A stretch of DNA of 64,000 nt from an uncultured Gammaproteobacteria bacterium (GTDB lineage Bacteria; Patescibacteriota; Microgenomatia; Daviesbacterales; UBA10151): contig CAYUPO010000004.1 in assembly GCA_964446685.1 (NCBI GenBank), positions 20,164-84,163 of the forward strand. Reading direction: 5' to 3'. The notes beneath the pieces are model-generated. The model was not told the DNA's origin. It did no database searches and saw nothing but the letters and a program-made list of their open reading frames with translations. This document shows positions 9,223 to 19,026 of this stretch, piece after piece. The stretch's first letter is position 1; every line of letters starts with the position of its first letter. Made by a program: the position numbers and the translations under genes.

Positions 9223-9684
9223 ATGCAAGAACACAGCCATAAGCTCCAAAACAAATATACCTCTCCCTACTTTAATCTGGCGATCAAACACCGGATCCAA
9301 ACCCTTCGTATTAATATGTATTGCAGTACCGCTTTTTTAACCACAAATTTTCTTCCTCAGACAACAGCTATTTTAGAAGAAACTTTACCCAGTGTCTTGA
9401 TGACTGAGTGTTTTAATGAAGAAAATCTGCCTTTCAGGGATGAAGTTAATAACACTGAAATTGCTCATTTGTTTGAACATGTCTTACTTGAATATTTATG
9501 TTTAGAAAAAATAGCTGATGGCACAAGGGATGCCTGTTTTAGCGGCCGGACACACTGGAACTGGATAAAATATCCTAAAGGAAGTTTTTTTATCAATATT
9601 ACAATGGAAAAAACAGATTTGGTTTTTCTCCCGACCGCTTTACAAAAAACGATTGTTTTGATGGAACAAATTTTAAAGAGTTAA
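9223..9684 (+). CDS. stand-alone cyanophycin synthetase N-terminal-like domain (putative metallopeptidase)
   Basis: LPS....C-x18-HLFEHVLLE...FSGRT resembles the CphA1 N-domain C..HxxEH site. Confidence 0.65.
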   Translation: MQEHSHKLQNKYTSPYFNLAIKHRIQTLRINMYCSTAFLTTNFLPQTTAILEETLPSVLMTECFNEENLPFRDEVNNTEIAHLFEHVLLEYLCLEKIADGTRDACFSGRTHWNWIKYPKGSFFINITMEKTDLVFLPTALQKTIVLMEQILKS

Positions 9685-9686
9685 GT

Positions 9687-9875
9687 TTACATTACTTTTC
9701 TTTGTCCACCTTTTCTTCCAGCAGCCCGTGCTTCATCACTACTCCATTCATGAGCAATTCCTTTTGCATGAGCAGCTTTTCCACCTTTGGAAGCGATAGC
9801 ACTTACCTGATCTGAAGACATCGCTGCAAAGCCTCGTTTACTTTTCCTTTTTTTTGATGTTTTTTTATCATCCAT
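9687..9875 (-). CDS. KGG-repeat stress-induced protein
   Basis: RGFAAM...IASKGGKAAH..G.AHEWSSDEARAAGRKGG; GGAGGTG SD upstream. Confidence 0.92.
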   Translation of the reverse strand: MDDKKTSKKRKSKRGFAAMSSDQVSAIASKGGKAAHAKGIAHEWSSDEARAAGRKGGQRKVM

Positions 9876-10115
9876 GATTTTTTTTCACCTCCACTCGTAA
9901 TAAAACTATAACTCGGCAATTTTAACGTCCAGTCAATTTGAGGTAAGAATCTGGCAAATGTCATCCCCCTCAATTTAGTTAAAATAATCAAAATTCTCAT
10001 CCAAACTCAGCAATTTCTTACTTTATAAGCCCGAAAGTAATAGTTGCGTAAGAATGTGCCTAAAATAGGGTAAATTAGCTTGAATTAGATTTTTTGCCCA
10101 CGTATAATCCTTTCA

Positions 10116-10790
10116 ATGCTGAACAATATTTTGATTATCGAAGACGATAGCGGTCTGCAAAAGTATCTCAAAGAGTTCTTAATTGATAACGGTTTTACTG
10201 CCAATATTGCCGGAGACGGTGTTACTGCTTTGAGAATAATCAAAAAATCTCCACCTGATTTAGCTATTTTAGATCTGGGGCTACCGGATATGACCGGTGA
10301 ATCAGTATGTCTGGAAATCCGCAAAAACTATCCTAATTTGCCAGTTATTATTCTGACTGCCAAAGACACAGTGGCAGATGTTGTAGCAGGTCTCAACCTG
10401 GGTGCAGATGATTATGTGACCAAACCATTCGTAGCCGATGAACTACTTGCCCGTATTACTGCCAGACTGAGAAATCAAAATACTTCTAAAGATAATAAAT
10501 TAACAGTAGCCGATCTGGAACTAGACAATAAAACATTTGAAGTCTCCCGAAACGGTACTCAGATCCAACTAACTCCGCAGGAATTTAAACTACTTGAATA
10601 CCTGATGAACAATAAAGGCCGAATATTGACTAGAGAAATGATTTTAAACAGAGTCTGGCTTTATTCCCCTGATATTGAAACCAGAGTAGTCGATGTCTAC
10701 ATGGGCTATCTCAGAAAAAAGATCGACCAGGATTTTGAAAAGAAACTTCTCCACTCAGTCAGAGGTTTCGGGTACATGATCAAAGATTAA
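10116..10790 (+). CDS. OmpR/PhoB-family response regulator
   Basis: Receiver (IEDD, LDLGLP, LTA, GADDYVTKPF) plus winged helix (LTPQEF, VVDVY..YLRKK, VRGFGY). Confidence 0.96.
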   Translation: MLNNILIIEDDSGLQKYLKEFLIDNGFTANIAGDGVTALRIIKKSPPDLAILDLGLPDMTGESVCLEIRKNYPNLPVIILTAKDTVADVVAGLNLGADDYVTKPFVADELLARITARLRNQNTSKDNKLTVADLELDNKTFEVSRNGTQIQLTPQEFKLLEYLMNNKGRILTREMILNRVWLYSPDIETRVVDVYMGYLRKKIDQDFEKKLLHSVRGFGYMIKD

Positions 10791-10792
10791 AC

Positions 10793-11872
10793 TCAAAAAT
10801 CCCCACCATTATTTGCAGCTTTTTCCAAAGCATTTTGATACCAATGGATTTTCTGATCTCTTAAATGAATGTTAAACAAAACATCACATTGAGGTTGAGG
10901 TATACCTAACAGAAATCTCAAAACATACATCATATGTGGAAATCGTCTTGCATAATGCTCTAACTTACGATCCAATTGATTTGCAGGTGTATTTTCTTTT
11001 ATTTTTTGAATTACACTTTCAGGTAAAGGATATAGGCTAAAATCAATTCCGGCACTCTGCAAATCATCAATTTGCTTTTCAACTTGGTTGTCACTTTGAG
11101 CCATAAGCTCAGGTGTGGCCATTCTCCTCATGAGAGATGGAACTTTTCCAAAATCACCATCATAGACAATACCCTGATCAACTAGGATTTTTTCGATTGC
11201 TTCTTCAGATAATCCCTCCTGCAACACATATTTTCTGATTTGAGCTGCTCGTGTTTTGTTATCAAAATCAGACGGGACACCCCAGGTTCTAACATTTGAC
11301 CTTTTACCAATTTTTTTTGCCGCTTCACGTCCTTTATCCAGATTACCCAAGACTACTGGATCAGTGATTAATATCCAGCTAGGGCCTTTCCCCTCATCTC
11401 TGGCTCTTTTATTATGCAGAGCGATTTCTTCAAGTTTAGGATCAACTGTAGAATAGATCGCATCTGATACTTTTCCCCAAGTCTCAGAGGACCAAGCTGA
11501 CTGATGCACACCCTGCTCTTCAACAACTTTTGTAACAAATCTATCAAAGGGCAAAATTTGAGGAAGCACACCAAAACGCATCATTCTACTAACCTGTGCT
11601 CTTTTTGCCAAAAGCTCCTGTCCTTCCCTTGGAACAATAGTTTGTATACGGTCATTTAACAATTCATGCATTCTATTTAAAACTTGAACTATAATCGCTG
11701 TTTTACCTGCCCCCCCTTCCCCTATGATTTGAATTCCATCAATTTGAGGATTTTCTAGAACATCCGAAATTATTGCGGGACCTGCAGGATATCCTGATCG
11801 ATTTAATGAATTATCTAACACTTCATGAGAACAAGAAGATATCGCTTTCTCTTTAGGATTTATCATATACAT
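10793..11872 (-). CDS. hypothetical protein with P-loop-like motif
   Basis: IIGEGGAGKT near N-terminus; otherwise unrecognised. Confidence 0.6.
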   Translation of the reverse strand: MYMINPKEKAISSCSHEVLDNSLNRSGYPAGPAIISDVLENPQIDGIQIIGEGGAGKTAIIVQVLNRMHELLNDRIQTIVPREGQELLAKRAQVSRMMRFGVLPQILPFDRFVTKVVEEQGVHQSAWSSETWGKVSDAIYSTVDPKLEEIALHNKRARDEGKGPSWILITDPVVLGNLDKGREAAKKIGKRSNVRTWGVPSDFDNKTRAAQIRKYVLQEGLSEEAIEKILVDQGIVYDGDFGKVPSLMRRMATPELMAQSDNQVEKQIDDLQSAGIDFSLYPLPESVIQKIKENTPANQLDRKLEHYARRFPHMMYVLRFLLGIPQPQCDVLFNIHLRDQKIHWYQNALEKAANNGGDF

Positions 11873-13046
11873 GTATAGGTAATAAAAGTTCTACAGTAGT
11901 TCCTTTACCCTCTTTGGATTTGATACTTACAAACCCTCTATGGGCACTAACAATATCCTCAACTAAATACAAACCAAGTCCCATTCCTTCTTTGTTGTGA
12001 TTTGACCCCACAAAATAACTACTTTTAACTTGATTAATATCATTTTCTTTAATACCTAAACCTTTATCGCGGACTCGAATTCTATAATATGTATCTTTAT
12101 TATCTAAACTAAGCATTACCGGATAATCATTGGATGAGAATTTACCAGCATTATCTAATAAATTCAATATAGCCTGAAGCAACTTATCAAAATCTCCAAC
12201 AACAAAAGGATCTTTATTCTCTAGCTCATTACTAACCGAAATCGATCTATCTGGATACATAAATTTAAAATTATTCTTTGCTCTGTTTAGAATTTCAGAC
12301 AAATTACACTCTTTCCATACATAATTTGTTTTTCCAGATTTAATTCTGTTAATTTCAAGTAAATCATCAATTAAAATCCTCATCCTGTTACATTCATAAG
12401 TTAGCTGATCTGCCCATCTGCTCTCGCTAGATTCCGAACCACCTAGTCTTTTAGATAATAATTGTGAGTATCCATGTATTGCTGTTAACGGCGTTCGAAG
12501 TTCATGCGCTGCCATAGAAATAAATTTATCCCGCATATTCAGTGCTTGCTGAAGCTGGCTATAAAATTCTGCCTGAGTAATGGCTAATGTAGCCATGGAT
12601 CCAAAAAGCTGCAATACATGTAATTCTTTGTTATCAAATGATCTGTCTTTTCGCGATGATCTTACAATTAATGTTCCTAAAGCTTTTTTTTTGTATGCGA
12701 GGGGGATAAACAAACTGGAGTGAACATTTTCAAATTCTTTTTCAGGATGAGCTTTTCTTAACTCATAATAATCAATCATAAATGCTTTGTTTTTAGTAAA
12801 GGCGCGATACGAAAAACCATTTTTTCTGGTTTTAACTGCGGCAATAGAAGCAGAAGAGCTATAAACTTTTTTAAATTCCCCATTCTGTACCAATAAAATC
12901 GCCCCATCATCTCCCTTTACTAACTTAATCGCCTCATTTACAACCGTAGAGTAAATCTCCTCAGGGGATAACTGAGTAAGTAATTTAAGCACAGAAGAAT
13001 AAATCATTTCTAAAATTGATTCATCTATATCATCAGTTAGGCTCAT
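11853..13046 (-). CDS. GAF-domain cytoplasmic sensor histidine kinase
   Basis: GAF, AAHELRTPLT, NLLDNAGKF, DKGLGI, GMGLGL. Confidence 0.94.
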   Translation of the reverse strand: MSLTDDIDESILEMIYSSVLKLLTQLSPEEIYSTVVNEAIKLVKGDDGAILLVQNGEFKKVYSSSASIAAVKTRKNGFSYRAFTKNKAFMIDYYELRKAHPEKEFENVHSSLFIPLAYKKKALGTLIVRSSRKDRSFDNKELHVLQLFGSMATLAITQAEFYSQLQQALNMRDKFISMAAHELRTPLTAIHGYSQLLSKRLGGSESSESRWADQLTYECNRMRILIDDLLEINRIKSGKTNYVWKECNLSEILNRAKNNFKFMYPDRSISVSNELENKDPFVVGDFDKLLQAILNLLDNAGKFSSNDYPVMLSLDNKDTYYRIRVRDKGLGIKENDINQVKSSYFVGSNHNKEGMGLGLYLVEDIVSAHRGFVSIKSKEGKGTTVELLLPIHVYDKS

Positions 13047-13178
13047 ATTATATATTATAAGTCAAAAGCCCTATAAATTCACTTTTTTTTTATATTTATT
13101 ACCATTTTCTTACATAAAACACCCACAAACAAATCAACCATGAAACTAAAAAGAAGGTAAAATTGCAATATTCTTACA

Positions 13179-13210
13179 AAAAAGGCTTAGGTTTTTGTAC
13201 CCAAGCCTTT
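13179..13210 (-). terminator. intrinsic terminator-like hairpin after the general stress gene
   Basis: aaaggctt.gg...cc.aagccttt stem with adjoining A run (U tract on minus strand). Confidence 0.55.
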
Positions 13211-13220
13211 GTGTACTCTA

Positions 13221-13814
13221 TTAACGATGAAGATGTGTTCTGTCATCATCTAAATCTCTGATTCTGGAAGATTCATGAGTGGTCGTAGATATGGTTCTCA
13301 CTTGTTGAGCTCCAAATTTATCCATTACTCTCATGGCTTCTTCAGTCTGAGTTCCCTGTGCAGGAACTGCGACCAAAACACCACCGCTTTTAATAGATTC
13401 TTCATAAACCCGGGCTTCATTATCAGGTACCCCAAGTCCTGTTAAAGCTCCTATTAATCCTCCGGCTAATACTCCGGTTGTGGCACCGGAAACAGTTGTG
13501 GCAGCGGCTCCACTGAGTCCTAAAGCCGCAGCTAAAGGTCCGCCGATCAAAACAGCTCCGATTCCAGGAATAGCGATAGCTCCGATACCGACTAAAAGTC
13601 CGGCTAAGGCACCAATGATTCCGCCTGTAGTCGCTCCACTGGCTGCACTTTCGGCTACACTGGCTCCTGTTGCATCAGCAACTCTTTTTCCTTCAACAGT
13701 ATCCCGCATCACAATAGATAGATCTTTTGGATCATATCCTAAGCGTTCAAGATCACCAATCGCATTTTCTGCATTATCTGAGTCACTAAAAACTCCTAAT
13801 ATCATTTTTGACAT
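13221..13814 (-). CDS. general stress protein (17M-like, glycine-zipper membrane protein)
   Basis: GVF...AE.AI..L...GY, IPGIG....GPL, GLIGALTGLGVP...A..YE..IKSGGVLV; AGGAGGTG SD. Confidence 0.85.
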   Translation of the reverse strand: MSKMILGVFSDSDNAENAIGDLERLGYDPKDLSIVMRDTVEGKRVADATGASVAESAASGATTGGIIGALAGLLVGIGAIAIPGIGAVLIGGPLAAALGLSGAAATTVSGATTGVLAGGLIGALTGLGVPDNEARVYEESIKSGGVLVAVPAQGTQTEEAMRVMDKFGAQQVRTISTTTHESSRIRDLDDDRTHLHR

Positions 13815-13835
13815 ATATATTCACCTCCTCCTAGA

Positions 13836-13930
13836 ATTAAATTACAAATTCAAAATTTCAAATGACAAACAATTTACAATTAAACACTTATTTATTGTTT
13901 GATATTTGGAACTTGTTATTTTGAATTTTT
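13836..13930. repeat. ORF-less palindromic relative of the four-helix-bundle element ends
   Basis: caaattcaaaatttcaaa...ttgttattttgaatttt shares the sequence of the 7481/7970 arms. Confidence 0.7.
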
Positions 13931-13937
13931 ACAAAGT

Positions 13938-13965
13938 TAGGGCTCGCTTTAATACGAGCCCTTTT
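13938..13965. terminator. intrinsic terminator hairpin
   Basis: agggctcg-ctttaata-cgagccct-ttt. Confidence 0.65.
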
Positions 13966-13971
13966 GTTTCT

Positions 13972-14232
13972 TTATGCTCTGTTAAACATTCTCCCGATGT
14001 ATAACACCAAGAGTGAGCCTACGATTGCAACAATTAAGGAACTGAAGTTAAATCCAGTTACCGGAGTTCCAAGTAATAATCCACCGAGATAACCTCCAAC
14101 AACTGATCCGACTATTCCCAAAATGATTGATCCAAGAAGACCTCCCTGGGACTGTCTGGGATCTACAAAGTTAGCAATACTCCCGACAATAAGTCCGAAT
14201 ACTATCCAAAGTAAAAATGACATATATTTCAC
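13972..14232 (-). CDS. GlsB/YeaQ/YmgE family stress membrane protein
   Basis: WIVFGLIVG.IA...P, IILGIVGSVVGG, AIVGSLLVL. Confidence 0.92.
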   Translation of the reverse strand: MKYMSFLLWIVFGLIVGSIANFVDPRQSQGGLLGSIILGIVGSVVGGYLGGLLLGTPVTGFNFSSLIVAIVGSLLVLYIGRMFNRA

Positions 14233-14320
14233 TCACCTCCCTCTTTCTGTACTAAAATAATAGAATTTAACAGTAAGAATGGCTGTGTTTAGCCGTAAGA
14301 AAGTAGAAAGAAATGAGAGC

Positions 14321-14439
14321 AGAAAATTCAGAGTATCAGCTTTGTCAGAGTGTCAGATTACAGAAGAATCAGATATATCTGATCTTTGATTTATCTGTTA
14401 CCTGATTTATCTGATTTTAGCTGATACTCTGAATTTTCT
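14321..14439. repeat. long imperfect palindrome built of short tcaga repeats
   Basis: agaaaattcagagtatcagct ... agctgatactctgaattttct arms are exact reverse complements (21 nt). Confidence 0.8.
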
Positions 14440-14442
14440 ATA

Positions 14443-15441
14443 TTAAGGATCAAGTATTTGTCGCGGATTTAAATAGGCTTCTCCTGGATCAGGAAAGCCG
14501 GTTATGACATTTAGAGCATTTGGGACAACTTCATACTGAGCTGGTGTTTCACCAAAAACTCTGGCATCTGCATGAACCATTCGTGGCCGTTTTGTTTTAA
14601 GTACAACTTTGATTCCCTGGTAGGTTTTTATTTTTTGTGTCTTGCCTCTTTTTCCGTAAAACAAATTAACAAAAAATCTGAGTAATTCATATTTAGTCAT
14701 TTTATATACCGATACAGTCAACCGGTGATCATTTAATTTTGCCTCCGGAGCCAGTTTTAGAGCAGCTCCGCTAAATGCTCCATTTGAAACAGTCACAGCC
14801 GAAGCTTTAGCATGAATTTTTTGATCATCTATCTCCACATCAACTGAATAGGTATAAAAATCAATAAAAGTTTTAATTATTTTAAAAATTTCCCCAAACT
14901 CGCCGTTTTCCATCCTTCGGATCGATTCATGCACCTGTGCTTCCCAGCCAAATCCAGAACTTTCCAGGAAAAAATATGGTTCACTAAGCTTTTCTCCCAT
15001 GTGAGTAATTTTTCCAATATCAATCTTCCTAGTTCTTCCAATCTTAATTAGAGCCACCGCTTTTTCTAAATCATTTGGAACAGACAACATTCGGGCAATA
15101 TTCATAAATGAACCAAGTGGCAAAATACCCAGTGGGACATCCGAACCAATCAGCCCATTTGCCGCTTCACCAACCGTTCCATCCCCACCAGCCACTAAGA
15201 CTGCTTTATAACCCTGTTTAATGGCTTCCTGGGCCAGTTCTTTAGCATGACCGGCTCTTTTAGTCGGTGCCAGATCAACCACAATCTGATATTTTTCCAG
15301 CAAAAACTGAACTTGTTCTAAAGTTGCTTCCGGGTTTTTATGAAAATGTAAAATTGATCTTTTTTTACCGGCCTTAGGATTAAAAATAAGTTTATATTTT
15401 ACTTTTTCAGCCAGATCAGCTTGTTTGTGGACGGTTTTCAT
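14443..15441 (-). CDS. diacylglycerol kinase family lipid kinase (YegS/DgkB-like)
   Basis: NPKAG, AGGDGTVGE, LGILPLGSFMNIAR, IDIG. Confidence 0.92.
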   Translation of the reverse strand: MKTVHKQADLAEKVKYKLIFNPKAGKKRSILHFHKNPEATLEQVQFLLEKYQIVVDLAPTKRAGHAKELAQEAIKQGYKAVLVAGGDGTVGEAANGLIGSDVPLGILPLGSFMNIARMLSVPNDLEKAVALIKIGRTRKIDIGKITHMGEKLSEPYFFLESSGFGWEAQVHESIRRMENGEFGEIFKIIKTFIDFYTYSVDVEIDDQKIHAKASAVTVSNGAFSGAALKLAPEAKLNDHRLTVSVYKMTKYELLRFFVNLFYGKRGKTQKIKTYQGIKVVLKTKRPRMVHADARVFGETPAQYEVVPNALNVITGFPDPGEAYLNPRQILDP

Positions 15442-15690
15442 GTCTGATTCCTTTCTTTTTCTGGAAAATAAGCTGCAGTTCCCGGCCAATTATCAAAATA
15501 GTTTTAGCTGTCAGATAGCCAATCAGCATTCCCGCAATCACATCCGAAGGAAAATGTGCACCAATATAAACCCGACTAAATTGAATAAATAATAAATCCA
15601 ATACCAAAAACCCCACCCAAAAAAAGCAGTATTTTCCACCAACTCATCCATAAATTATGCCTAAAATAAGTACTTATAAAGTAAAAAAAA
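15416..15690 (-). pseudogene. truncated/frameshifted PAP2 phosphatase fragment
   Basis: SRVYIGAHFPSDVIAG motif 3 present; preceding TM segment in another frame; motifs 1-2 absent. Confidence 0.7.
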
Positions 15691-15790
15691 TGTAAGAATC
15701 CCGTGAGTCCAAAAAAGTTCGATTCCGCATCTCCCAACAGAAATAGCTCAAAATATATCAAAAACTTCTTTTCCCTGATATAATCTCACC

Positions 15791-16210
15791 ATGAAAATTG
15801 AAGATGAAATATCTTCCCAGAAATACCAACTTACGCGAAGAGGGTTTCTTGATGCTGTCTATAATAGAATTCACATCGTGCATTTTTATCCCACTAATAT
15901 GCAACAAGCCAGAGTCATTCCATTATCCGTATTAGATAAATATGGAAGAGTTATGGTTGCTTTAGGTATAAGTACGTATGTACCTAAAGAAAGACAACCA
16001 CTGTCTTTGGTTCATGAGATGATTCATGTAGACCGAAGCTCTTGGGAAAAGTTAGAAAATCAACCGCGTCATAAAATAAAAAAAATTATGAGTGAAGAAG
16101 AAGATTTAACTGAAAAAGCAGCCAAAGTATTTTATGATGAACATCAGAGGTTGGCAGCTGTAGCACTTAATCATGTGTGGTTAAGACGTGAAGAGCTTCC
16201 GATTGAATAA
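15791..16210 (+). CDS. hypothetical HExxH protein
   Basis: SLVHEMIH motif; leaderless TATAAT start. Confidence 0.6.
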   Translation: MKIEDEISSQKYQLTRRGFLDAVYNRIHIVHFYPTNMQQARVIPLSVLDKYGRVMVALGISTYVPKERQPLSLVHEMIHVDRSSWEKLENQPRHKIKKIMSEEEDLTEKAAKVFYDEHQRLAAVALNHVWLRREELPIE

Positions 16211-16253
16211 AAATTCGTAACATAGTCCACTAGACTCAACTTTAGTTAGCTGA

Positions 16254-17183
16254 CTAAATATTGTAGTCTTTAATTACTTGCCCAGATTCAATATCACCTC
16301 GTCTATGATCTGGTTTCCAAAAAATTCCTTGTGTTCTACCAAATAGTCCTTTTTCTCTGTAATCAGCAAAGTGCCCTCTTACCTCATGAAGTGCTCTAAC
16401 CAACCCATGGCTTTCAACCTGACCTTCTTTAAGGAGCAATTCTCGCAAAGGATCAATATCTATTATGTGATACTTTGTAAGTGGATGGCCAGTTTTCTTT
16501 TCGTGGCGTTTTGAGAGTTTTACCGGCGGTTCTTCAACTCTGGTTCTAGCTCCATGACAATGCATAAAACTAACCGCTAGCAAACTAGTAAATATTTCCT
16601 GTCCAAGATTACTTCTAACTAAATCATCAACCTGATCTTCTGGAGCAGCAGATTTTCCTCCTAGCCTCTCACATACTAGAGTTGAAAGTGATTCTCCATT
16701 ACCAAGAAGTCGACCATCTTCCATAACAAACAAATCATGTGATGTAGTAACCATTGGCTTTAAATCTCCATTATCGTGAATAACCGTCCCTCTTAAAATC
16801 CATTTAGTAGCATCCAGATCTTTAGGATCAACAGTGTTTCTGTATAAAGTTTTATCAGTTTGTGTTTCAAACAATATACCTGCTCGTTTGATTCCTGCAT
16901 TATATACAGCATCACTTTGAGCAGTTCGGTATTCCATAAAAAAACTTGGATATGGTGGCGCTATACATGGCAAATCTGAACCTTTCCAGCTCTCATCAGA
17001 ATAAAAAGCTCTCAGATAATCAGCGACATTTTGAATATGAAACACGGAATTTTCCCGAACCACTCGTTGAAGTCTTCCTTCCTCATAACTAAACACTTCT
17101 TCATTTCGAGCTCCTAAAAAGCTGGATATCCTGACACCATCTGTGATAATTTTATCTGATAATTTACGTCCTAAAATTTCCAT
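16254..17183 (-). CDS. hypothetical protein with H.VRGH...FW...H.RG C-terminal motif
   Basis: Long ORF; the C-terminal motif resembles ones I recall from phage-associated hypothetical proteins. Confidence 0.6.
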   Translation of the reverse strand: MEILGRKLSDKIITDGVRISSFLGARNEEVFSYEEGRLQRVVRENSVFHIQNVADYLRAFYSDESWKGSDLPCIAPPYPSFFMEYRTAQSDAVYNAGIKRAGILFETQTDKTLYRNTVDPKDLDATKWILRGTVIHDNGDLKPMVTTSHDLFVMEDGRLLGNGESLSTLVCERLGGKSAAPEDQVDDLVRSNLGQEIFTSLLAVSFMHCHGARTRVEEPPVKLSKRHEKKTGHPLTKYHIIDIDPLRELLLKEGQVESHGLVRALHEVRGHFADYREKGLFGRTQGIFWKPDHRRGDIESGQVIKDYNI

Positions 17184-17337
17184 ATGCGTATTATAGGATA
17201 AAAATAAAATTAGTTCAATCCTCAATGAAAATATTTTTTATTAAAGTAAAAAGTTCCGACTTTATCCAAGAGAGCCAACTTTTTAATGTCTGCGCAATGG
17301 ACAATGTTAAAACTTTTTTTGATATACTTCCGTAAGA

Positions 17338-17942
17338 ATGCAAACATACCAGCAGTCTCACCCATTCTATAAAGAATTAGAAATTCCAGAATATTCTCTT
17401 TATAAATTAGAACTTGTAACACCAGATATTAAATATGCAAAAGAAAGTTTGAAATGGGTAAGTGATAAGGACGTTGGTAAATATATGGGTACAGATTTTT
17501 CAAATGTTTCTCTAATGGGTGAAGAGCAGAGATTGAAAGAAATAATAAATAATCTCGATGCTTTTAATTGGATAATAGAAGTTAATGAAAATGCGGCTGG
17601 AAACATTAATTTAAATGAAATCGAAATTCATCAAAAGAATTTGGTTTTAAAGCAGGAAAATTAAATTATCTTTTAGGTCATAGAGAATTATGGGGAAAAG
17701 GAATTACAACAGCTGCTGTTAAAAAAATATTGGAATGGGCTTTTAATACAGCTGGTTTTGAAATAATTAAATCTAGAGTTGTGCTACAAAATAAATCTTC
17801 ACAATCTGTATTAATAAAGTCGGGATTTTTGGAATATGGCAAGGAAGATTATGAAGGACCTAATTTAGGTAAACAGACTTGGTACATTACTTATAAAATT
17901 ACGAAAGATGAATGGTTAAAGTTTACTAAACCCAACATTTAA
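17338..17942 (+). pseudogene. RimJ/RimL-type GNAT acetyltransferase split by a frameshift near 17625
   Basis: Frame change joins GNINLNEIE to SSKEFGFKAGKLNYLLGHRELWGKGITTAA...NKSSQSVLIKSGF. Confidence 0.8.
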
Positions 17943-18078
17943 ACATACTGCTTGTATAAACTTAAAACTTTCTTATACTCACAGATTCAGGGGACGACCC
18001 CAACCATCTAACTAAATTTTCGTAAATAAATCTTAAATAAAAAGTCGTAACATAATCCCATAGAGAGAGCAAAAACTA

Positions 18079-19026
18079 TTAATATCCTAGTTTAGCAAAA
18101 GAATAATCTAGCATTGCTTTGGCATCGTCTCTTCTGTTGGTTGCTCCAAGGAGTACACCCAGGACTTCGGCGTTGCCTTTTTTGGCTAGGGTTACCAGTG
18201 TTAGGCCGGCTTCGGGTGTGTAGCCGGTTTTAAGACCCATGACACCTGGATAAGTAGTCAGTAAATTGATACCTGAGTACATATCATAATCCTGATGGGT
18301 ATCAGTTATTGGCAGGTAAATATGCTCCCTTGAACTAATATTTATTACCTCAGGCCATCTTGATATCAGATACCGACTCATCAGAGCCACATCATAGGCT
18401 GTGGAAAAATGCTCGATTAACTTTGAAGGATCGCTCGGGTCATCCTCCTCCAAACCTGAAGGATTTATAAACCAGGTGTCATTCATTCCGAGAATTTTGG
18501 TCTTTGTATTCATCAGATTGATAAATTCCTCTCTACCTGAGGCAGATTGCTCGGCCAGTACTTCAGCGGCATCATTGGCCGAAACCAAAAAAATCCCGCT
18601 TAACAGCTCCTCCAGTGTCAATCGTTCGTTTTCCTTCAGCAGCATTTTATCAGGCTCCATTTCAGCTGCCATTTTTGACACAGTGTAGGTATCAGACAGC
18701 TTTTTATTTTCCAAAGCAATAATAGCAGTCATTATTTTTGTCAGCGAAGCGATTCTTTTTTTATCACGATAATTTTTCTGAAACAGTACCTGACCAGTAT
18801 TTGCTTCGACAAAGAAAGCTGACTCAGCAGATATTTCCGGAGCGGATACAAAACTACTTGCAGAGGCTTCCTTGGGAAACCAGATATTGTCAGAATATCT
18901 CATCTTGGATACACCAAGTACCGGTGAAATCAGATCTTTATTCGGAGATGCATGAAACCAAAATATCCAGACAAAAACAAACGCTAAACACCCCATAAAT
19001 CCGGCTGCACGTAGTAACCATTTCAT
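18079..19026 (-). CDS. D-alanyl-D-alanine carboxypeptidase (peptidase S11)
   Basis: IASLTKIMT, SAND, KTGYT motifs. Confidence 0.94.
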   Translation of the reverse strand: MKWLLRAAGFMGCLAFVFVWIFWFHASPNKDLISPVLGVSKMRYSDNIWFPKEASASSFVSAPEISAESAFFVEANTGQVLFQKNYRDKKRIASLTKIMTAIIALENKKLSDTYTVSKMAAEMEPDKMLLKENERLTLEELLSGIFLVSANDAAEVLAEQSASGREEFINLMNTKTKILGMNDTWFINPSGLEEDDPSDPSKLIEHFSTAYDVALMSRYLISRWPEVINISSREHIYLPITDTHQDYDMYSGINLLTTYPGVMGLKTGYTPEAGLTLVTLAKKGNAEVLGVLLGATNRRDDAKAMLDYSFAKLGY

